Assembly (NCBI GenBank): GCA_030264375.1
Contig: JASCQW010000128.1
Span: 12,334,333 to 12,398,332 of the forward strand
Origin: Carcharhinus longimanus
Taxonomy: Eukaryota
Length of the DNA stretch: 64,000 nt
Direction of reading: 5' to 3'
Part shown: in pieces, positions 24,201-37,700 of the stretch
Layout: every line of letters starts with the position of its first letter
How positions within the stretch are numbered: the stretch's first letter is position 1
Notes under the pieces: model-generated
What the model saw: only the letters and a program-made list of their open reading frames with translations
Told to the model about the DNA's origin: nothing
The model's database searches: none
Translations under genes and position numbers: made by a program

Positions 24201-27200
24201 CCTGGCCCCCCGCAACCGTGAGGCAATGCAAGCCCACAAGAGGTATTGAGAAGTGTAGCTAAAGAGGAGGAGTGTTTGAAATAGGGGGGGAGAGAAGGAA
24301 ATAAGGAGGGAATACTAGCTTAAGGTGCAGAAAGCACGACAATCATTTTAAAAAATTATTTATGATTATCAGTAGGCTTACATTAACACTGCAACGAAAT
24401 CATTGTGAAAATCCCCTAGTCGCCATACTCCAGCACCTGTTCGGGTACACTGAGGGAGAATTTAGTATGGCCAGTGCACCTAAACAGCATGTCTTTCAGA
24501 CTGGGAAGAAAGTAGAGCACCCGGAGGAAACCCACGGAGACACAGGGAGAATCTGCGGACTCCACGCAGTCACCCGAGGCCGGTACTGAACCTGTGTCCC
24601 TGGCACTGTGAGGTAGCAGTGGTAACCACTGTGCCACCATGCCGCTGTGGTGAAGTGAATGACAGTGCGAGTCGCACGGTGCAACCTCATCAAGGCATCT
24701 GGACTCCTCAAGTCCAGGTTTACAGAAAAGCAGGCTGTTCCCGACCACCCCCCCTCCCCCAACCCCCAGCTAAATCNNNNNNNNNNNNNNNNNNNNNNNN
24801 NNNNNNNNNNNNNNNNNNNNNNNNNNNNNNNNNNNNNNNNNNNNNNNNNNNNNNNNNNNNNNNNNNNNNNNNNNNNCACTGTCACAAAATCACTGATATT
24901 TTGCCCTCTCTCTTGTTGGAAAAGATCATGCACAATAGAAAAGAACATTGTAGGGCCATGGGAGACTAGGACCCCAAACGTCCAGAGCCCTTTGGGTAAG
25001 GTGATGATCTGTACCCTGGGGCTGGTTGCAACAGAACCTGTGGCACGTGACTTTGCTGGGAACATTGAGGCTGATGGTATTTTCTTACCTTATACCCCTC
25101 CTCAACTCCCAACTCCTCATCACCCTGCAGATGGGTAACTCAGTTACTGGAACTGTCCATATCTTAGACGCTAGAAAAACCTTTGTAGAGATGAGTCACT
25201 GGAGACAAGTAGGCAGCAGCCAGGCCAAGGGGAAAAGACAGTTCATGTGCTAGCCTTCCAGAGGATAAGGGCACAGACAAATTCTAATGCAGAGGTCTCA
25301 GAGGAAGACTTTGTTGCAGTAGCAAACAGTGCAGTAAAGTGCTGATGAGAATGCACACTGAGATGCTGGTGCATTGACTGACCTGTCACAGCCTCCCATC
25401 ATAGTTAAGCAGCATGAAAGAGCCTGATTCCAACTTGGCAGAGGAGATGGCGCAGAGCTTGCCTTCTCCACTGTTTCTAGAATCATGAATCATGGAACCC
25501 CTACAGTTCTGCAAGAAGCCATTCAGCCCATTGAGTCTGCACCGACCACAATCCCACTCACGCTCTATTTCCATAACCCCACATGTGTATTCTGCTAATC
25601 CCCTGACACTAGGGTCAATTTAGCATGGCCAACCAACCTTACCTCCACATCTTTGGACTGTGGAAGGAAAGCAGAGCACTCGGAGGAAATCCACGCAGAC
25701 ACAGGGAGAATGTGCAAACTCCACACAGATTCAAGGCTGGAATTGAACTTGGGTCCCTAGCGCTGTGAGGCAGCAGTGCTAACCACTGTGCCACCATACC
25801 ACCCATCTGTCCGATCTCCCTGATTGCCTCCCGACCCATAGGTGCTGTCACCGTAAGTGTTACCATCTTTGTGTGGACAGGTCAGTAAACCCTACTGCCA
25901 TGAAGATGCTGCAACACTTTCTGCTGAATTCACCAACTCACAATAACATCTCTAGAAACATTCCAGGGTGCTGTGAGAGACTTTTCAATAACACAAGCTG
26001 TAAATAACTTTATCTGCAAGTTGGGAGTCTAGCCCTTTAAATAATGCTAGTGGTGAATCCCTCTTGTTCTTTGGAGTGGCAGATTAATATGTTGAGTGCA
26101 GTATCACATCAGCCAGTAAACCTGTTTGACGTCATAATTTGCAATTGGCAGATTATGACGTCCAGGCCACGTACGGCACAATGGCACAGAACCTTCCCAG
26201 CATGGAGTGTCGCTTGGAGCTGTGCCGGAACTGGTAAATACTGCATCCTCTTGAGCAGCCTGCAGGTTCTGTAGCACAGCTCCAACACTGCTACAAATCT
26301 GAGTTTCACACCCTGAAACACCTTTCAGTTGAGTCTATTCAGTTTGGAGAGTAAGAAAAAGGATTATTGAAGTAGAATGTTCAGGGACTGAGGAAGGAAG
26401 GAAGACTCCAAGACTGGAATATGGTTAGAAAGGGTCCAATTCATATTTTGTAAGTTCTAGTTCTCAGTTTTAGCTGTAGGTTTCTGTTGTGGACTGTTTG
26501 TGGTAATGGATTGGGACTAAGCTTGATGGACCTTGAGCCTGGCCCAAGACTGTCAGAATTGAAAGAAAAGCATTTGGAAAGGAGCTGAACACCTTTTCAT
26601 CAACGAGAGCAAACCATTCAAGAGGGTGCACAGTACCTACCAGTTCTGGCACAGCTGAAGCAACACTGCAGGCTGGGAAGGTGCATGCACAGTTGAGCTG
26701 TGTATGGCCTGGAGGCTCCCCAGGCAGAACATGACATCAAACAGGTTTACTGGCTGACATGATACGCTGTTTAAAAATAGATGCACTAATGTATTCATTT
26801 GCCACTCCAAAGAACATGAGGGATCCACCATCGAGAGCAAGCTGATGCCAAGTGTCGACAGTAGAAGGAATGCATAACAATCTGAGTATCCCCATCCACC
26901 CACTCCTCCAACCACCATCTGCCCCACCAGTGACAGAGACTGTAGGTCACACATTGAACTCCTCAGGCACCTGAGAACTTATTTTTGCTGTGGAAACAAA
27001 TCATCCTCGACTTTGAGGGACTGCCTACGAAGGAGGATGGACAAACCTAATTATAGACCTACACCAGGTTGTGTTTGACCCACAGTCTGTCTTTGAGTGT
27101 GATTCTTTGTTTGGAACATAATTTGTAACACTTACTGTGCCTCACCCACAGTGATGTACAGGTGGAGAAGATACACTTTATGTTTGGAGGCATAAAGGGT

Positions 27201-30200
27201 TAAATTATGAAGACAGTTAGGTAAATTTAACTTGTGCTCCTTTAAAATAAGAAAATTGAGGAGGGATCTAAAATAAAAAAAAGAGAAGGGGTCTGACTAG
27301 GTTAACATAGAACATAGAACACAGAAAAGTACAGCCCATTGGCCCTCAATGTTGTTACCGAGCTATGTCCGAACCCAAGATCAAGCTATCCCACTCTCTA
27401 TCATTCTGGTGTGTTCAAATTATTAAAATTAATATTAAAATAATGTTATAATAATGTTATTAAAATGATAAAATTATTTTCTAGGATAAACATGGAGAAA
27501 TGATTTCCTTCGGTGGAGGAATCCAGAAGGAGGGACAGTAATGTTAAAATTAGAGGCAGAGCATTTCAGAGAGAAATTAGGAGGCACCTTCTCATCCAAA
27601 AAGTAGCATGAACCTGGAACTCTCTTCCCCCATATGATATGGGGCACTAGGCTGAGAGAAGCTTTCAAGACTCAGATTAATAACTTTTGTTAGGTAAGGG
27701 CATCATTTGCTCCCAAATACCTCAATATTCAGACAGCAGGAATTACGGGAGACTGGAATAACAAATAGTGTGCAAACCCATTTCATGTAAGATCTTAAAT
27801 AGCCATCAGAAAAATGACTTCTATTTCATCTATTGGCCTGGATTTGAAGCATGGAAACCTGGTGGAAAGAACATTGTGTTCTAATGATGTAGGAGAGTAT
27901 TTCTCCAGTCTGACCTCATCTGAAATCTTTCTTTCTCTTTGAAGCTGGAAGGATGTATCAAGGGAGAAACTCAAAGTGTTGCCTTGGAAACATCTACTAA
28001 AGAAGAAGCACATTGGACATTACAACGCTGCAATGGACCAGTGACACTCCACTTTAAAGCAAACTTTGACGGTAAGCAACTTGCTAATCCACAGGGATTG
28101 ATTGGGCAATTCGTTAGGTCCAAGAATCCAAAGTAGAGAGAAGGTTAGAGAAAGGGCAGCCACCTTGTAAGCAAATGTTTCCTTTGATATTTCATTCTTG
28201 CACCTGGCCAGTTTATTCAAAACACAATACACTTCACAATTTTTTTCACACAAGCGATATTTATCACAAAATAAAACACTTTTCAGGCTGTTGCACAGCC
28301 ACTGTATGTGCAGCTTGGCCAGAACATTGCTTGTAAGAATGAACTGAAAGACCCTAATTGTCTATTCGGATCTATCTGTTCATGCGCTATCTGCTATTGT
28401 TCATACCCCAATCAAAAATATTTTAACCACAATTGGACCTGTCTCTGAAGTGTCTATTTTGAGTACAATATGGGACACACTGAAACCTCTCCTCAGGTTT
28501 CTTAAAAAGTCCAATATCTAAAGGTCTGTCTTTCTTAGACTCCCATGTCCAAAATCAGTAGATGGAAAATAAGTGGCGTTTTGCGGCAAACTATATTTCA
28601 CTGCACCACAGGCCATGTGATCCAAGTTGGAACCCAACTCTGCTGTCATTCTAGGCTAAGACATCAGGCTAGACATAAAGCAGGGAAACAGGGTAGATGA
28701 TTCTTCTTGGCACTGAAATCAAGGCCTGGGTTTTAACCTGGCAGTGACTATTGTGTGGAGGCAGATGTTTTGTTCAGCCCAGAAATCACAGAAGAACATG
28801 AGCTGGATTTTCACCTCTGGTTTAGAAAACACAAGTTGGGACAGTTCCCACATTAGTCAATCCGAACCCGTCAGTTCCCACCATATCTGCCATATTTTTA
28901 TCTCCGCCATACGTGAGCAGGAAAAGTTTGGATCTGCCATCTCTGAGCAGACCTGAGGCAACTTTGGAGAATTGCAGAGCTGAGGCAGGCTGGTTAGAAG
29001 GCTCATCTCAGTCTTGGGGATATCTGTCCACCCACATTTTTCTTACACCCCTTCAAATCCCCACATCCCCTCCATGTCCCTCATCCTCCATGCTCCCAAT
29101 GCCCACCATACAAACTTCACACCCCCGTATAGCCCCAGGCAGTCCTTATGACACCCATATCCCTCATGCCCTTCCCTTTCCCCTCAAACTCCCACACCTT
29201 CTCCATGCCCTCCACCCCATTTATGTGCCATAGCCAATCACCCAATATTCATTATGGACAGACCTCAGGAGCCATATAATATCAGTAGCCTAAATGGATG
29301 TGCTGTAAATTAAACCTTCAATAATCTAATAAAGCTGCCACTCAAATGCAAAGTAATTGATACTGCACAAAAAAAATTCACACCCTTTGTCATAAAGTTA
29401 AATCATTGGCAATAATTGGCAAGTGATCATTGGTAAACTCATGCATCTGTTCAGAAATCACACCCAAGACATCCCTTAATCTGTTAAAACTGTCAATCAA
29501 ACTGTTTACACACCACCCACTGATCAAACGCCTCATCAGATTTTGAAACTGAGCCAAGTTTTCATAATGAGCTCAGCTGTAAAACAGATCTTTACAGCTC
29601 CATATGGCCTGTCATTCAAAGAATTCCAGGATGGCGGCAGGAAGCCCCCAAGATATCGTGAGGAGAATTTAGTTGAGATGGGCTGGTGGTTGAGGTGGCA
29701 GGGAGAGCAGACAAATTATGGTGAGCTGCTGCTCTTCCCGGCCCATAAGCAGTGCTGGAAAGGCACTCACCCTCATTGGTTCAGTCCCTCTCACCTCTTT
29801 TAAGCTGCTGAAACTCCTAACACTGAGGAAATCCAGCCACTGGGGGTTAAAAATTGCAGGACGGTGAAAATGAAAGGGCCTTATTATAATATTTAAATGA
29901 TCAAACTGCTTCCTGCAAGTTTGTCATCGATCTCTCTGACCACCATTAAAATTGAAAATGGGTTGTTTCAAAGCAGGGGAAAATTTTTGTTTCAGATTTT
30001 TCTTGCATTTGACATGACCCCCGACCAACCCGTTCCTGTGTTTGAAAACTCAGTTCCAAAAATCCACAATGATGGTTTTCACAAGGGACATCAGTGAACC
30101 TTTCTTTAATGCAGCTACAAGATCTTATCTCAATGTCTGCTTATCTGTGAAATTGTCACCTAACTAGTACATTTTGAAACTAAGCCAAGCTTTCATAATG

Positions 30201-31750
30201 AATTCAGCTGAGTGTCACATGAAAAAGAGAACAAAATGAACCCTTTCAGACTCCCTGCTGTTGCTATTGGAGTCCATGGAGAAGGGGTAGGATGATATGT
30301 AGGTTGAGTAAAACAATGTGTACCTGGAATAGACAGCCAGTATCTGAGGTGAACAAGGACAGCTGTATAAACGAATGTATACGGTACAAGAACTCCACTG
30401 ACTAAATAGACAGTGCTCAATGACTACCTGAAATTCTCTGCATTGAGTCATAAAATCACAGTTTCCATCTTCTTAGAACCAATGGATGCCATTGGCGGTG
30501 ATTCGCATTAGCTCTGGAGGTTCTGCCTCGACATGTTTCACATCGAGTACCAGTTCTTTGTTTGTAAGCGTTAGGCCTGAAGGGAAAAAAGAACAAATTT
30601 TATCCATGAGTGTTTTGAAAATGCTACAGAAAGTTTTGCTTGTGCACTCAGGCATGGATACAATTTTAAATTTATTAACCTGCAAACCACAATGAATGAA
30701 GTTTTAGTTGCAGGTTGAGGTGTGAAAATCCTTATTAAAGGCTGTATATTGAATTTGATAACGTACACTGGAGCATGAAAACGTTTCTCAAAGGTGAATT
30801 GTGGTCACACTTTCTGCAGGGAAAACAAGCTGCCCTACAAATCGGGGACAGCACCAGGCAATAAATGCATGCATTCTTTTCAGCCTTTCAGCAGTTAAAT
30901 TGGAATGAATCAAAATTTAGTGATCTCCAGCGAGGAGCTCCTGAGCTGGCAGTGCTGCTTTGGAAAACAGAACCAGTAGTGCGTACTTTTTCTTTATCTA
31001 CCTCAAAATGAACTCCTCAAATTTTAGATTCGGAGAACTGGACTGAATGGAAGTCTTAGAATTCCTTTGCTCTGAGGAGGTGCTCAAAGGAAAACTACCT
31101 CTTGAACTTAATTTTCCAGCTGAAACACTTTATGATAAAGTTGGGATGTGTGCAACGGCACGGAACAGTGACACATCACACTTGCGATTCATCAAGCAGA
31201 GGTGTTGCGTTTTTTGACTTTACAGGAAAGTGGTGCAGTCATGTGCTTTGCCAGAAGCAGGGAGGGAAGATTCTATAGGCTTGCCATTCTACAGTGCTGT
31301 TAAGTGCCCTCTGGTTTATTAAGCAATATTGATCGACACCTTGCAGATGGTCCAATCTTTCCTTTTGGGTGGGAGATAATGCTAGATGATGGAGAGGGGG
31401 AGGAGGAGAAGGGTTGGAAATATAGGGGGCCATTCTCCCAAAAGTGCTGAATTGGTAGGACAACTGTTCTGGATCACGACTGTTTTTTCAGTTCAGCTTC
31501 TCACTCGAATCTCCACACTCTGTGCACTGCAGAGGTCACAATCGGGAATCTCATTAAAAACTGGATTTGGGGGGAAGCCTATTCACACTCAAGATTGACA
31601 GCTCTGGAACTCTGCGTATGCGCAGTAGTCCTGATCTGTCAGTCTCCCCGTTTGCTGGCCGGCGCAATCGCTGGCCAGCCCAGGACCACTGCAGTGCTGC
31701 CCCTCCAGCCACCCCGCCACCCCTGTCCCAGAGCCCCCTGATGTCCCGGG

Positions 31751-31790
<40 letters not shown>

Positions 31791-34700
31791 NNNNNNNNNN
31801 CCCCGGGGTCAGACCCCCCCCCCCCCCCGGGAGCCCCCCAGACCGATCCTCATGCAGAGTGGCAGCGGAACCCCTCCCAACCCCACCAATCATCCCTAGG
31901 CCCTGCCCACAATGGGCCCCTGCCCCTTGGCACTGCTCGATGCCTGGTGGGCAGTGCCTGGGCATGGGCACTTTGTCTTCTGGGCAGTGCTGGGGCACAG
32001 GCTGGCACTGCCAGGGTGCCCATGCCCAGGAGACACCACTCCCCCATCGCCTGACCCGCACCCCCTCAAGGACCCCTTCTTCACTCTGGTCTAGTCTCCC
32101 ACTAATTCCCCGAACATGGGGAGCTACCCTAAATCCCGCTGGAATGAAATACTCCTAGCAGGGTGAGAAATACTATGGAGGCCGACATGGAACGGATAAT
32201 CACATTGAAATGACATTTAAATTATATTTAATACATACTCAAATTACTTACCTCACTTCCCGCCGGACGTCTGCGTGTTCCCAGTGGCGCCATTTTCTTC
32301 TGGTTGGGAGATGTGCGCGGGTCATAAATACTTGTGGGGAACCCGCGAAATGGCCGACATGTGCATTTCCCAACCCCACCTGCCAGAAAAATTGTGGGTC
32401 GCAATGGGAGAATCGAGCCCACAGAATCCTACAGTGCAGAAGGAGGCCATTCGGCCCATTGAGTCTGCACCAAGTACAATCCCACCCACGCCCTGTCCCC
32501 ATAACCCCACGTATTTACCCTACTAGTTCCCCCGACACTATGTGGCAATTTAGCATGGTCAGTCAACCTCACCCACACATCTTTTGGACTGTGGGAGGTA
32601 ACCGGAGCACTGGGAGGAAACCCACACAGACACAGGAAGAACGTGCAAACTGCACACAGACAGAAATAGAAATGTTGTTTAAATTCAACAGAGGTAACTG
32701 CTAAGAGGGAGCAAATTACCAAACTGTGTATGGATTGGGTGATAGTGCAAACTTCTCTGCCATGTTATAATTGATTAGGAATTGTACATTGTGATCTATG
32801 CTTTATTCTTAAGGTTACAAGAAACTACTAAAAGATTTGGAAGATGGCAGTATCATGTCTGGAGATTCCTTTTACGTTCGAGCCAATCTGAATATTTCTG
32901 GACAGATAGACAACTGTTCGCTGTGTGTGAAATGCGACGAGATTATCCACGTTTTAGACACTATGCACCAGGGCAAGTGTGAATGGCTGTGTGCTCAAGT
33001 CGATTTATTCACTGACAAAGACTTGGAAAAAGGCACCATTCCCAGTTACTGCAGGTAATTAGGATCTGAGTCCAATGGGTCACGCTTAGAAAGGATATTT
33101 CAACTCCAGATAATATTACCATGACAAGCTGCTTAGACAGTTACATAGGTAAGATGGATATAGAGGGATATGGGCAAATGTGGGCAATTGGGACTAGGTT
33201 AGGGCTTCCAAAACAAAAAGGCAGCATGGACAAGTTGGGCCAAAGGGCCTGTTTTCATGCTGTAAACCTCTATGACTCTGTGACCTTGTCCAGAACAGCA
33301 AAACCAGAGGATGCAGCCTATGCTAGACAGGGAAAGAGTGAGGGTGTGAATTCACAGATTCCTGCAGANNNNNNNNNNNNNNNNNNNNNNNNNNNNNNNN
33401 NNNNNNNNNNNNNNNNNNNNNNNNNNNNNNNNNNNNNNNNNNNNNNNNNNNNNNNNNNNNNNNNNNNNNNNNNNNNNNNNNNNNNNNNNNGTAATTTGAG
33501 ACATAACAAGATAAGTGAAACATGCTTGGGAGAAACAAGGTGACTTTGGATCTATGATTCCGAGAGCTTTCCACCACTGAGACTGTTGTAGTCTGGTAGA
33601 TAGAGATTGATTGATGTGATAGGTCAACAATACCAATATTGTTGTAGCATATGACTACCAAGACAAATCTGCTTGTTAAAGATTACTTTATTTCAGAGTG
33701 TCATTTTGTTCTATATATCGTGATTTTTTTTATTGTAACAGCAAAAAAGTGGATATTTACTTAAAAGGGAAACATTTCCAGGACTATGGGGAAGATGCAG
33801 GGGGAGTGCTCTTTTAAAGAGCTGGCATGTGCATGATCGGCCTCCTGTTGTGCAAGCTGGAGGGGCCTTGATCTTTTTCACTTAGCAATCCATATGCTCC
33901 TATCTTACCACTACCAGAAAACCAGTTGAGGAGCAAATTTCTGGGATGTTTGGTGACACAATTTGGTAAGTACGTTGAACCCTATAGATCAGAAATCTTC
34001 CAGGTGCCATCCTTCCCTTGTCTGCTGTGTTTGCTGATCTCAACTGGAGCAATGTAGCATCAAGGACACAAGAAACAGTAGGGGCAGGTACAGCAAATAC
34101 CTTGCTAGTTGGGACATACGAGGTACTTCAACAGATGGGTGCAGTGCTGTGCAGAGTGAAGCTGTACAAACACCATGAAAATGAGTACCAAACATGCTAT
34201 TACATTCATTACTTAAAACAGAAATAGGTTGAATCATGATTGGTAAGGGGATCAAAGGTTACGGGGAAAAGGCAGGAGAATGGGGTTGAGAAACATATCA
34301 GCCATGATTGAATGGCGGAGCAGACTCGATAGTCCGAATGGCCTCATTCTGCTCCTATATCTTATGGTGTTATTATAGGGAAACACAGCAGCTACTTTGC
34401 ACACAGTAAAGTCCCACTAAACCTGAACACATCTCTGTTGGTCTAGGGTTAAACTGGCCAGGGAAATGCAAAAATGCACCGGCTCTTCTTTAGATATTGC
34501 CTTGGAAGAGCAGGCAGGGCTTGAGTTTAAGTATTGCACTGAAATGTAAGGCGAAATTATGTGCTCAAGGCTTTAGAGTGGGGTTGTACCCATGGCTTCC
34601 TGACTCAGTGATGAGAATGTTATCACCAAGTAAAGGCTGCCACCTAATAGTGTTGTATTCCTCCTGCAGTTGCCATGTAATCAAAATGTACAGTGCACAA

Positions 34701-37700
34701 TAGGCTCATAAGATATAAATGTGAACTCTTCAAAATCCAATTTTTAAAATTTCTGCAGAAGGCAGATAGTGCTGAATTCCCAATTATTTCCTCCGTAGCT
34801 TGAAGGAGTCAATCTGTCAACAGTTACAACATGCAAAACACATCACCTTAGTGAAAGTCACCAATAAAGGCCTGTGGAGAAAGGTCAAGTTAGGACAATT
34901 AACCAGTTAGGATGCATTGGATAGCACACCAGAAGAACAACACATCTGGATTGGTTAATGAAAACTGCAGAGCTCGGTTGCCACCCCATCAAAGAGACAT
35001 GTAGAAATTCGGCCCATCATGCCTCTGCCAGCTCTTTGAAAGAACAACCCTATTTCTTTTCCTGGTTGAAACATATTTGAATATTAAAAATGGATGTAGC
35101 ACCATCTAGAGGAAAAGCAAAAGCAGGTCAGCAATTAGAAGCTGAAACAGAATTTAATATTAACTATTTCCTTAGCACCTCATCCCTTTCAAGAATACTT
35201 GCAGTAGAACAGCAATGACTTGGATGAATAGTCTAAGCTCATTAGAAAATGGCCTTGTTCAAACTGACTAAATATCTATTTAGGCATCAGTGATTTTTTA
35301 TTAATCAATACACCATTTAATGGGAGATATGATTTCCGGTACCTTCTTGGCAAATAGGTGAGAGAAACAACTGAAATGCTAGTGTTAGCAACAAAATAGG
35401 TATGTCTATTTTTTCATTCATTCATGCCCTATATTGTATATATGTAGAGGGAGAGAGAGTGAGGCAATCTGCTTTAAATTCATAACAGCATTTTTTCGGC
35501 CATTGACAAACACATTTCACAAAGTGGCACGTTAAGATTGCACAAAGGGAGGCCATTTAGCCTTTAATGCTTATGCTGGCTCTTTGAATGAGCTATCTAA
35601 CTAGTCCCACTTCTCCTTGTTCTTTCCCCTCAGCCCTGCATATTTTTTCCTTCTTGAGTGCTTGCCCAATTCTCTTCTGAAAGTTACTGTTGAATCTATT
35701 TCCATTGTCCTTTTGCACAGTGCATTCCAGATCACAACAATTCCATTGTGGAAACAAAACTTCTTCTCATGTCCTTTCTGGTACTTTTTTTTCAAGAGCT
35801 GGTCAGAATCATTCTGGTTCAGTGTTGAGTTTATGGAGTGATGAGTGGTCCACTAACACGCATGGAGTCAATACTGAACAACAGCCAGTCAGGCCACATT
35901 TTCACTGAATCCTTTAGACTGATGTTTCTGATTATGACAGCAAGGTAATGCATTGGTGTAGGATTGTGAAGTCATTAATTGTGTTTCTTTTATATAAACT
36001 ATTGCTTTTATGCCTTTTTGTGTTGCAAACAGTTAGATTTAGTGTGTTGTAGTTATATGTACATGTTGGTTTCCTCTCTTAAGCAGAGTAATTTGTGTGA
36101 GATCACAATTGTGGTCTCCTTGCTGAACTGTTAGCTGATCAAATGAGGTTCAAGATAGTGAGTGTGTGATCGTATCACCCATCCAGACACACAGTCTTCA
36201 CACAGTGCCAAACACCAAGCAGCTTAGGCCCACACAGCCTAAGTGCCTTTTATACTGAAAAATTGCAGTTTCACACTGACACAAAAGAACCTAAACACAA
36301 CTGCAGGATAATGATGCAGCATTTTACTAAGACATTCAGAAGGCATTCCATATGGTTGCAAGAGACTTGTTAGAAAAATTTAGGTGTGTGTGTCAGAGAA
36401 AATGGATAGAAAGTTGGTCAAGAGAAATAAAAAACTAACTTGTATTTTTATAGCATCTTTCAAGGCCTCAGGGTGTCCCAAAGGGCTTTACAATGAATGA
36501 AATATTTCTGAAGTGTAGTCTTTGTATTACATAAGAAAGAAAGAGTTGAGAAGAATGATGTAAGAAAGATTGGGCGAGATGTGTGCTTAGGGTTAGTGCA
36601 GGATCCACCTTTTGTTCTCGTCTGATGGAAATCTTGGTCTTGGGTACAGGGAACAGAATCTCAACATTTGCTATTGCAAAGGCAAGAGGTTTTGAAGACA
36701 CTGAAGAGAAATGTTAAAGAATTCATTAACATATAGGCAGGTTAGCAGAATGGAGAAACAACTGCAGAATCAGTTTCATGTGAATGGGAAACAAGCATTG
36801 AAGTACACACTGAATGAAAAAAGCTAAAAGAAGTGAATGGCCCACAGTTGAAATAAATAATCTCCTAAAATGTGCAGATGTGGGTAAATAACATCATAAA
36901 AGGCCCTTAACAATTTTAATTTTTATAAATAGGGCATGGGCTGCAACAATAAGGAAATAACTATCTATATAAAGCTTGGGGTTAGGCCTGATTGTAAAAC
37001 TCTTGAAGGGATGGCACTGTTGCCCCACAGCACTGGAGCCCAGGTTTGATTCCTCACTGTCTGTGTGGAGTCTACGTGTTCTTCCCGTGTCTGCATGGGT
37101 TTCCTCTGGGTACTCCAACTTCCTCCCACAGTCTGAAAGATGTGCTGGTTCGCTGCATTGGCCATGCTAAATTCTCCCTCCCTGTAACCAAACAGGCACC
37201 AAACTAGCGACTAGGGGATTTTCACAGTAATCTCACTGCAGTGTTAATGTAAGTCTACTTGTGACACTAATAAATAAACTTTAAGCTTTGACAGTCAAAT
37301 TTTTTTTTAATATAGACTTACATTAACACTGCAATGAAGTTACTGTAAAATCCAATCCACTTTCTTCCCAGTTTCCTGTATTTTTTATAACTTTTAAAAA
37401 AAAAAGTTGTTCAAAGAAAATGAAAAAAAGCATACAATTGTTTTTAAACACCCCTATGAGATTTTTTCCCCCCTAGTTTGCTTGTAATCTGTCTTGGGAA
37501 TTAGTTTGCAATTTCTGGAGTTCCCCATTAGGACAGCCCATTCCTGGCAAACTGACAGCTGGTTCCCTCACACAGACAAGTTGTATCAAAACATCTGGCT
37601 CTTTCTAAGTAATTTGCCTCTGGTAGGAATTTGTGCTGATTGTTTGAATAAAGCACCACTTCAAACCTGTAATATTTATAATACAGAAACCAGCAGCAAT

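Noticed and set aside
31752-31828. Long poly-G run, short gap and poly-C run (possible G-quadruplex or poly-Gly/Pro ORFs)
   Set aside because: It abuts an assembly gap inside a repeat, so the homopolymer length is unreliable and the ORFs are low-complexity artefacts.
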